In this document: positions 25,514 through 32,000 of the stretch, piece after piece | Numbering within the stretch: position 1 is the first letter of the stretch | Layout of the letters: each line of letters opens with the position of its first letter | Assembly: GCF_002075285.3 (NCBI RefSeq) | Contig: NZ_CP021983.2 | Location: forward strand, 3,150,001 to 3,182,000 | Source: Halomicronema hongdechloris C2206 | GTDB taxonomy: Bacteria > Cyanobacteriota > Cyanobacteriia > Phormidesmidales > Phormidesmidaceae | Direction: 5' to 3' | Length of the DNA stretch: 32,000 nt | Notes under the pieces: generated by a model | Seen by the model: the letters and a program-made list of their open reading frames with translations, nothing else | Told to the model about the DNA's origin: nothing | The model's database searches: none | Made by a program: the position numbers and the translations under genes

Positions 25514-26347
25514 CTAGGGCGAAGGGAGGGTATTGGGATCAGAAGCTGCCAGGGCCCACTCTACCTGGCGGATAATTCCCCTTAGCATAGCCAATTCCTG
25601 GGATGTGGGAGCCGTTCGATACATTAACCGACGCAATTTTTGCATGCGGCTATTGGCTGTATGGGGGTAAAGATAGCCGATTTTTAGCAATAATGCTTCC
25701 AAATCAGAATAAAAGCCATCAATTTGGTCGATGGCTGCCCGGGCAGAGTCGGGGGCGATGGTGGTTTCATGGGGCGCCATGGCAGGTGCAGCCTCCCTGA
25801 GGGCACTCGATTGACCCGGGACCATCGCCTCCGCTGCTGAGGCTGCTGTCGTCGCCTGGGACTGATCGAGACGAGAGAGCAAATAGCTACAGACTGCCAC
25901 CGCCTGGGCTAGATTTAGGGAGGGATAATCGGGATTGGCGGGAATACGCACCAAGCGCTGAGCATAATTGAGCTCGATGTTATTCAAGCCGCGATCTTCT
26001 GGGCCAAAGATGAGGGCCACCGCCGCCGCTTCGGGGGCCAATAACCAGGGTAGTGCGATTTCTGGGGTTTCTAAGGGGCTATCCAGAGAGCGGGGGCGAG
26101 CTGTGGTGGCAATGGTTCGGCGACACCCCTGTAGGGCTTGGGGCAAGGAGTCTACTCGACGGGCGGCCGTCAGGACATCTTGCCCGTGAACCGCCATCTG
26201 TTGAGCAGCAGCGGCATTGGGGTCACAGTGGGGATTCACTAAGACCAATTGGCTCAGGCCCATATTTTTCATCACCCGAGCTACAGAGCCCACGTTGAGG
26301 GGACCCGCCGGCTCTACTAACACGATGCGGATGTGGTCAAGGGCCAT
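25514..26347 (-). CDS. trmJ: TrmJ/LasT-type SpoU-family RNA 2'-O-methyltransferase
   Basis: The sequence contains IRIVLVEPAGPLNVGSVARVMKNMGLSQLVLVNP, ALIFGPEDRGLNNIEL and RIPANPDYPSLNLAQAVAVCSY. The likely start is the ATG at 26347 (MALDHIRIV...). The ORF stays open to 26383. Confidence 0.8.
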   Translation of the reverse strand: MALDHIRIVLVEPAGPLNVGSVARVMKNMGLSQLVLVNPHCDPNAAAAQQMAVHGQDVLTAARRVDSLPQALQGCRRTIATTARPRSLDSPLETPEIALPWLLAPEAAAVALIFGPEDRGLNNIELNYAQRLVRIPANPDYPSLNLAQAVAVCSYLLSRLDQSQATTAASAAEAMVPGQSSALREAAPAMAPHETTIAPDSARAAIDQIDGFYSDLEALLLKIGYLYPHTANSRMQKLRRLMYRTAPTSQELAMLRGIIRQVEWALAASDPNTLPSP

Positions 26348-26851
26348 CGATCTGCCTAAGAAATACGGGATGGAGCTGAACAACCCTTCACTTTACGGGG
26401 TTACCCTGGGGAACGCAAACACCCAGACGCTGCCCTTATGCTAAGGGGGATAGCCCGTCAACGTTCCTAGACTCGGCAGTGACCGGACTAGCAAGGTCCT
26501 AGTCCTAGTCCTAATTATCTCGATGGCAGCTAGACACTTTGTTCCTTGCCCCCCTTATCCCATGGGCGCCATGGCGTCGCCATCGCCACTAGGCCAATGC
26601 AGAGACTGGGGCGGTGGGTCTGGCGCTCACGGCCAACGCCATGTCTGCCAGGGAGCCTAGAGCCTAGTCAGACAGGGAGTATACGATTGGTCGTCGCTAG
26701 AGAACCCGTTGAGCGCACGAAGAATTGTCGCAATCTTGTCAGGGGATGTTTACGTCGGCTTTAGCCTAGACGTATTGGCTTAGAAGTATCAGGCTAAAGG
26801 ACTGTGGGTTGAGTGTTGATTTGACCGTACTGGTTTAAGAGTATTCCATCT

Positions 26852-26876
26852 AAAAAAGTGTCCCGTTCAAGACACT
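26852..26876 (-). terminator. weak Rho-independent terminator-like hairpin (minus strand)
   Basis: The minus strand reads AGTGTC-TTGAACGG-GACACT followed by TTTTTA. The stem is only 6 bp with 3 GC pairs. It lies about 345 nt downstream of the HAD gene stop, so its transcript assignment is unclear. Confidence 0.3.
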
Positions 26877-27073
26877 GAACTCATGCCCTTAGCCCTGTGG
26901 CCGGGTGTCCTCGGATAGGTATTTAGCTGGAACTCTCTAAGTCTGATGCTGGAGCCAGATAGCGGGGATAGTTGAGGCTGATCGGGGCCTGGACTCTAGC
27001 AGTTATCTGGCGCGCAGCTGCCTCTAGGCGTGGCAGTTGCGTCACTGTAGATACCGACAGCGGAGGAGCCACT

Positions 27074-27202
27074 ATGGCAGAGGATCCAAAGAATGAGAAG
27101 TCCCCTCAGACGGTGATCAAAGCTGACCCAGTGACGGTCGCTGCCGTGATTACGGCGCTATTACTGGTGCCCCTGTTGATCGCAGGATTTCTGTCCCAAT
27201 AG
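27074..27202 (+). CDS. small (42 aa) C-terminally membrane-anchored hypothetical protein
   Basis: The ATG is preceded by GGAGGAG at a spacing of about 6 nt. The product MAEDPKNEKSPQTVIKADPVTVAAVITALLLVPLLIAGFLSQ has a polar head and one TM helix. The longer TTG-initiated version (from 26972) is Arg/Trp-rich and unconvincing. Confidence 0.45.
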   Translation: MAEDPKNEKSPQTVIKADPVTVAAVITALLLVPLLIAGFLSQ

Positions 27203-27219
27203 ACCACCGAACCCATGGG

Positions 27220-27873
27220 CTAGCACAATAGCCCTAACTGGGACAGACGAGCATCAGTAAAGTCTGAAATCACTAGGGTGGCCCCTAGGTCGTAGAGGTG
27301 TTGAGGCTCATGGGTGGTGGCAACCCCAATGGTGAGAATGCCAGTTGCGATCGCAGATCGAATACCCGACGGCGAGTCTTCAAAGACTACCGCGGCCTCC
27401 GGCGACACCTGCAAGTGTCGCAGTCCTTCCTGATAGGGCAGGGGGTCGGGCTTGCCCCGGGGCAACTCATCGGCCAAGATCACCGTTGCAAATCGCTCTG
27501 TCAGGCCCAAGGTCTGCAGCGTGAATTCCGCATTGGCGCGGGGAGCATTGGTGACAATGGCCTCCTGCAAGCAGTGTGCTTTGCTCCAGGCCAGCAACTC
27601 TATCAGCCCTGGTAAGGGCCGTAATTGGGCCCGGGCCTGGCGACGGAACTCGGCTTCCTTAGCCTGACTCAGCTGTTGCCGTTGCTCCAAAGACAGATGA
27701 GGCAATAGATCCTGCAAGATATCGGGATTAAGACGACCACTAAAGGTCTGCTGATAAACCGTTGGATTCACTTCGATTCCATAGGGATGCAGTACTGCCT
27801 GCCAGACCTGACGGTGAATCGGATCGGTGTTGGCTAAGGTCCCGTCCAAATCGAACAAAATTGCCTGTAGCAT
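27220..27873 (-). CDS. HAD-superfamily hydrolase, subfamily IA (beta-phosphoglucomutase-like)
   Basis: Motif I is ILFDLDGTLANTD. Motif II is VTNAPR. Motif III is GKPDPLPY. Motif IV is VFEDSPSGIRSA. The likely start is the ATG at 27873. The ORF stays open to 27972. Confidence 0.85.
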   Translation of the reverse strand: MLQAILFDLDGTLANTDPIHRQVWQAVLHPYGIEVNPTVYQQTFSGRLNPDILQDLLPHLSLEQRQQLSQAKEAEFRRQARAQLRPLPGLIELLAWSKAHCLQEAIVTNAPRANAEFTLQTLGLTERFATVILADELPRGKPDPLPYQEGLRHLQVSPEAAVVFEDSPSGIRSAIATGILTIGVATTHEPQHLYDLGATLVISDFTDARLSQLGLLC

Positions 27874-27950
27874 AGTTTCCCCAAGCGTGTGCCCTCTCCT
27901 TGATAAGGTAGCAGCAGGAATACAGGAATAATCGTAGGGGAGCATCGTCC

Positions 27951-29042
27951 ATGGCTGGGGGATGGCCACCATTACTCACGATGACAGCATGCTCAACCAT
28001 TGCCATGGCTTGGGCTCAACCGACCATGGCATCCCCAATTAATCTATGGGTTGGTCCTGAACAAGTGCCCTGTTTTCAGGCTGCTGATGGCAATTGCTTG
28101 CTGGTTCGCCAGGTACCCCAATCCCATTACAGCCTGTGGCCCCATGCGATTGCCGGCTTCACCTATGCAGCGGGTTACCACTACCAGCTACAGGTGCGGC
28201 CCCCGGACGCAGAAACCACGGCCTGGACTCTGGTAGAGCTCATCGAGCAATCTTTGGCTCCGGGGCCTCTAGAGGCCTATCTTTGGCAGTTGCATAGGTA
28301 TTACACGTCAGCTGGAGAGGTGGTAAAGGTTTTACCGAGCACGACCCTCACCCTGGAGTTTGCCTTGCCGAATCAGATGCGCGGAACCACCGGTTGCAAC
28401 GATATTCAAGGGAACTATCAGCGCCAATCCCAGCGCCTCACTCTAACGGTTGACAGCTCTACCCTGTTTTACTGTCCTGAACCAGGCTATATGGCTCAGG
28501 AAGTAGCCTATCTCAATGCCCTGACCAGGACAGTCCATTTTCAGGTGGAGAATCGTGAATTACAGTTACTGGATGCCAGCCATACCCCGCTGTTGACGTT
28601 TCATGCCCAGGTGGCTTCTGGGCCAGCCTTAGCCTATAGACTCTGGGAGTTGCGGGGATTGGTGGATCACCAGGGGAACTGGGTACCGCCTCTGCGGCAA
28701 AGCCGGGTAACCCTTATCTTTGACAATCAGGGGGGGGCCATTGGGTTTGCTGGCTGTAATCCTTTCATGGCGACCTATGAACGGCAGGCGTCGCAGCTTC
28801 ACATCCAGTCCCCAATGCTGGGACGTCGCTACTGCCCCCAGCCTGAGGGAATTATGACCCAGGAAACATTATTTTTAGAATGGTTAGAGGTCACTGCCAG
28901 CTTTGAGGTGCGTGGTAACCAGTTAGATCTCAAAACAGACCAGGGGAAACGGGTTGCTAGTTTTAGGCAAATTGTTCCCATGGAGGAGGAAACAACGGGT
29001 AATTTGTCGGGGAGCGTCGCTGAGAATAGCAATGGATTATAG
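27951..29042 (+). CDS. DUF4377-like + two META (HslJ-like) domain protein, probably exported
   Basis: The N-terminal block is LWVGPEQVPCFQAADGNCLLVRQ......W...IAGFTYAAGYHYQLQV. Two repeats of the META pattern follow (GTTGCNDIQGNYQ....RLTL.....T...CPEPGYMAQEVAYLNAL and GFAGCNPFMATYE....QLHI......RRYCPQPEGIMTQETLFLEWL). The start is uncertain (27951 or the ATG at 27981). Confidence 0.7.
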   Translation: MAGGWPPLLTMTACSTIAMAWAQPTMASPINLWVGPEQVPCFQAADGNCLLVRQVPQSHYSLWPHAIAGFTYAAGYHYQLQVRPPDAETTAWTLVELIEQSLAPGPLEAYLWQLHRYYTSAGEVVKVLPSTTLTLEFALPNQMRGTTGCNDIQGNYQRQSQRLTLTVDSSTLFYCPEPGYMAQEVAYLNALTRTVHFQVENRELQLLDASHTPLLTFHAQVASGPALAYRLWELRGLVDHQGNWVPPLRQSRVTLIFDNQGGAIGFAGCNPFMATYERQASQLHIQSPMLGRRYCPQPEGIMTQETLFLEWLEVTASFEVRGNQLDLKTDQGKRVASFRQIVPMEEETTGNLSGSVAENSNGL

Positions 29043-29059
29043 GGGAACACTGGAAAATT

Positions 29060-30010
29060 ATGCCCTGGAAGTCACGGTGGGTTAAGCTAATTGGCCGCAC
29101 TTGCCTGAAGTGGCAACAGGACGACTGCTTATCAATGGGGGCGGCGCTAGCCTATTACGCTTTATTTTCGCTGTTTCCCATTATTCTGGTCATCCTCAGC
29201 ATTGTCGGTATTTTTATCGGCCCCAATACCTACGCCTACAACCAGATTATTGTCTTTACCAGCCAAGCCTTACCACCAGATGCCTTTGAGGTGGTGCAGG
29301 AGACCCTGTTGCGGTTGCATGAAGATAGCACTGGGGCCAGCATCGTCGGCTTCATCGTGCTGTTGTTTACGGCTAGCGGTTTCTTTGGTGCCCTCAGTCG
29401 TTCCTTCGATAAGATCTGGCGGACGGAGTCTTCTCTGGGCAAACGCGGGCATATTGTCTGGGCAGTCGTGAATGTGGTCTGGCAGCGTCTATTTGCGTTC
29501 ATTCTTGTGCTCAGTTCTACCAGCTTGATCTTTCTATCGCTGCTGCTCAATATCGCCATCGATATGTTCCTGGCCATCCTAGAGCAGTTCAGCTCCCAAC
29601 TGGCGCTTCCTCCCATTGACCAGGTCACCCTGTTGCCTTGGTTGCAATGGGGAGTATCATTTGTCCTGTTGACGCTGGTGGTGATGGTGCTCTTCAAGGT
29701 ACTGCCCTCTACCCGGGTGGCTTGGGGGGATATCTGGCTCGGGGCCTTGGTCACGGCGTTGCTGCTAGTGGGATTGCAGCAGTTAATTAGTAACAGTGTG
29801 ATTAGCCTAGGTAGTCGTTTTCGCTCCTATGGGGTGATTGGGGGGGTGATGGTACTGATGCTGTGGATTTACCTCACCAGCCAGGTCTTTTTCTTCGGCG
29901 GCGAACTGACCTATGTCTATGCTCGCCTCTTCGGCAGTCGTCGCCCACCTCCCATGGATCCCGAATCAGCGTCTGTATCTGACGGCGAGAGGGTGGATTC
30001 CCTGACTTAA
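29060..30010 (+). CDS. YihY/virulence factor BrkB family membrane protein
   Basis: The sequence contains W..DDCLSMGAALAYYALFSLFPIILVILSIVG, six predicted TM segments and YGVIGGVMVLMLWIYLTSQVFFFGGELTYVY, all typical of YihY/BrkB. Confidence 0.85.
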   Translation: MPWKSRWVKLIGRTCLKWQQDDCLSMGAALAYYALFSLFPIILVILSIVGIFIGPNTYAYNQIIVFTSQALPPDAFEVVQETLLRLHEDSTGASIVGFIVLLFTASGFFGALSRSFDKIWRTESSLGKRGHIVWAVVNVVWQRLFAFILVLSSTSLIFLSLLLNIAIDMFLAILEQFSSQLALPPIDQVTLLPWLQWGVSFVLLTLVVMVLFKVLPSTRVAWGDIWLGALVTALLLVGLQQLISNSVISLGSRFRSYGVIGGVMVLMLWIYLTSQVFFFGGELTYVYARLFGSRRPPPMDPESASVSDGERVDSLT

Positions 30011-30104
30011 AAGATCGTGGCTTCATAGACGACGGTACTTGGCTTGAGAACTACGGTCTCAGGCCACCACTCGCTGACACTGCCACCTAAACGCCTCCTG
30101 CCAC

Positions 30105-31214
30105 TTACTTGTCAGTCCCATAGCGAGCCAAAATGTCTCGGAACCAGGCTTCAAAGCGATTCCCTAGGGCCGAGAGGGAGTATTCGGCCTCGGCTTGCTG
30201 GCGACAGGCACGGCGATCGAGCTGATCAAGACGTGCGATCGCATCCACCAAGCCAGCCACGTGATCTGGCTCCACCAGCCACCCCGTCTTGCCCTGCTGC
30301 ACGATCTCGGCCGGACCGCCACGGCGATAGGCAATCACCGGCACCCCACAGGCCAATGCTTCAATGGCGACATTACCGAAGGCTTCCAGCCAACGCGGGG
30401 TCATCAGCAAGGCCCGACACCGCCGCACTACTGCCTGCAGCTGGTGGGTAGGCAAAAACCCCAAGTACTCTATGGGAGCCTGGGGATAGCGTTGGCAAAT
30501 ATGATCCCAGTAGGCCTGGTCTTCTAACTTACCCAAAATCTTCAGGGGCATTTGACTCTGGGCTGCCGCCGCCACCGCATCCTCCAAGCCCTTCTCCGGA
30601 GAAATACGGCCTAACCAGACTAACTCTGGCCCCGGATTGCCGCAAAATTCATAGCAAGTCAGATCAACGGCGCTGCTAAGACAGCGAAACTGATCTGGCT
30701 GCGGGAAAGTAGCTGCTTGGGTGCGAGTATAAACACCAAGGGTACCAGGAAATCGCTCCCCCACCGTGGTAACTGCTGCTGCCATAGCATCACTGAGACA
30801 TCCCATACTGACAAAATGGGCAATGGGACGCCGGAAAAAGGGGGTCAAATAGAAGGGCAACCAATCGTAGGCCAAATTCACCAATAGATCATAGTCAGCT
30901 TGCACCTGACGGCCATAGTCCCACATGGCTGCCAGCACTGAGTCTGGGGGCAAGACGATCGGCACCTGCGGTCCCTGGGTGTGGGCCGTCGGCTGCCAGG
31001 TCCCCGGCACCTGCTCAATGGCCATAGCTCCCAGAGTGGATCCCTCCGGGGCTACCAATCGCAACGTGTGCCCTCGCCGAGCCAGCTCTTGGCTGAGAAC
31101 GTTCAAGGTCAATTCCACCCCACCGCCTAACCCAGAGCCCAACGGACCGACGGGAGTCGATAGTAATAGCAATCGTAGCGGTGCCCTTGCCATGGAATCG
31201 GTATCTTTTTCCAT
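30105..31214 (-). CDS. glycosyltransferase family 4 (GT-B)
   Basis: The sequence contains LLLLSTPVGPLGSGLGGGVELT, WLGRISPEKGLEDAV and EAFGNVAIEALACGVPVIAYRRGGPAEIV..GKTGWLVEP (E-x7-E). An alternative start lies at 31193. The gene begins 8 nt after the HEAT-repeat gene stop. Confidence 0.8.
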   Translation of the reverse strand: MEKDTDSMARAPLRLLLLSTPVGPLGSGLGGGVELTLNVLSQELARRGHTLRLVAPEGSTLGAMAIEQVPGTWQPTAHTQGPQVPIVLPPDSVLAAMWDYGRQVQADYDLLVNLAYDWLPFYLTPFFRRPIAHFVSMGCLSDAMAAAVTTVGERFPGTLGVYTRTQAATFPQPDQFRCLSSAVDLTCYEFCGNPGPELVWLGRISPEKGLEDAVAAAAQSQMPLKILGKLEDQAYWDHICQRYPQAPIEYLGFLPTHQLQAVVRRCRALLMTPRWLEAFGNVAIEALACGVPVIAYRRGGPAEIVQQGKTGWLVEPDHVAGLVDAIARLDQLDRRACRQQAEAEYSLSALGNRFEAWFRDILARYGTDK

Positions 31215-31222
31215 TGGCTGCC

Positions 31223-31969
31223 CTAGGATGGAGTAGGATGCTCAGATTCATCCTCTACTGCTTGCAATTGTTCCGTCGGCTGAGGAGTACTGCCGAGAGT
31301 GAGGGTAGAATCAACTCCTGCTAGCTGGCGAATCCGCCCTAATTGCTCTAAGGCCCACCGAGCCGTATCTTTTACCTCAGCATCACTATCTTCAGCGACC
31401 ACATGGCTTAGCATCTGACTGGCCTGCCCCATTAAGTCGTAAATCCGGGTCAGATCCCGAATGGCATTTTGACGGACTTCGGCATTGGGATCCTGTAGGG
31501 CCATAGCCAGAGCTCGATTCATCGGCTTCAGCGAGCGGGTACTAACCTCCGTCAGAGCAGCTAGGATCAAGCTGCGCTCCTTCGAATCAGCATCTAGCAT
31601 CAAATTCACTAGGGGTTGAATCGCAGTAGAGTTTCCCCGCTGCCCCAGTTCCCAAATGGCTCGTCGGCGCTTAGCTGCATCAGGGCTGGCTAGCTCTTCG
31701 ATTAATTCATTGACAATATTAACCCGACTCATGCGAGGCGACGCATCAGCCAGCAGGGTTTTGGGGTTTGCTGCTGCCCCATTTTGTCCCTGGAGGCTGG
31801 GCTCAGTAGTTCCGTTACCCGCAGCGGCAGCAGCACTGGGTAACTGGTTGACCGAGGTGTCGGCTTTGGCCTTCGTTGCTGGCGCTGAAAGCTTTTGAGG
31901 TCGTCGCAAGAATAGGACCAGCAGGATGCCACCACTGACGATAATCAGCAGGGCTAGCAATCCCAGCAT
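31223..31969 (-). CDS. membrane-anchored HEAT-repeat (PBS-lyase HEAT-like) protein
   Basis: An N-terminal TM helix (LGLLALLIIVSGGILLVLFL) is followed by HEAT-like repeats (SPDAAKRRRAIWELGQRGNSTAIQPLVNLMLDAD, LQDPNAEVRQNAIRDL, EDSDAEVKDTARWALEQLG). The reading frame stays open upstream to the window edge, so the true start may lie beyond 32000. Confidence 0.7.
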   Translation of the reverse strand: MLGLLALLIIVSGGILLVLFLRRPQKLSAPATKAKADTSVNQLPSAAAAAGNGTTEPSLQGQNGAAANPKTLLADASPRMSRVNIVNELIEELASPDAAKRRRAIWELGQRGNSTAIQPLVNLMLDADSKERSLILAALTEVSTRSLKPMNRALAMALQDPNAEVRQNAIRDLTRIYDLMGQASQMLSHVVAEDSDAEVKDTARWALEQLGRIRQLAGVDSTLTLGSTPQPTEQLQAVEDESEHPTPS

Positions 31970-32000
31970 CAGCCAGGTAAAGGGATTACCGTTCTCTGCG

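Noticed and set aside
26546-27073. ORF 26546..26764 (+, 72 aa) and the TTG-initiated upstream part of ORF 26972..27202
   Set aside because: The translations are Arg/Trp/Cys-rich with no start context. Only the distal 42 codons, after a strong GGAGGAG site, look like a real small membrane protein.
27874-27972. N-terminal extension of the HAD hydrolase ORF (to 27972) overlapping the META-domain gene start
   Set aside because: HAD motif I (DLDGT) normally lies about 5-10 residues from the N-terminus. The ATG at 27873 satisfies this and removes the head-to-head overlap.
30044-30527. Plus-strand ORFs 30044..30451 and 30195..30527 opposite the GT4 gene
   Set aside because: They are antisense to a glycosyltransferase with clear motifs. 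Their translations are Pro/Arg/His-rich low complexity.
1-32000. Search for CRISPR arrays, IS elements/transposases, integrases, prophage genes, toxin-antitoxin pairs or restriction-modification genes
   Set aside because: I found no regularly spaced direct repeats, terminal inverted repeats flanking an ORF, or recognisable motifs of these families. The tRNA-Leu gene has no adjacent integrase.

Overview
The window looks like cyanobacterial chromosomal DNA. It has about 55-60% GC in genes and 13 exact copies of the HIP1 palindrome GCGATCGC. I saw no transposase, integrase, CRISPR array or rRNA.

Housekeeping genes flank both sides. On the left are larC-like, an intron-containing tRNA-Leu(UAA), ndhL, a DUF3007-like gene and trpA. 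On the right are a class-A beta-lactamase-fold membrane protein, a TrmJ-like methyltransferase, a HAD hydrolase, a META/HslJ-like protein, a YihY/BrkB-family protein, a GT4 glycosyltransferase and a HEAT-repeat protein.

The accessory-looking centre spans about 5.7-23.3 kb and holds two blocks:
- A long AT-rich leader (5670-6452) followed by a tightly packed four-gene plus-strand operon (6453-15954). All four products are predicted to be secreted: a small DUF11 + SdrD-B-like protein, a 1168-aa protein with an Ig-like domain and a large outer-membrane beta-barrel, a CSLREA-type beta-helix protein with an OmpA-like C-terminal domain, and a 977-aa protein with four tandem DUF11-type modules.
- A glycan synthesis and modification block (16201-23285) with a pyruvyl transferase, a sulfotransferase, three GT-B glycosyltransferases and one GT2.

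I consider the four-gene operon the best candidate for an undescribed system. My hypothesis is an outer-membrane, peptidoglycan-anchored assembly or display pathway for DUF11-repeat surface fibres. This is inference from domain content only. All family assignments come from motif recognition by eye, with no database search.
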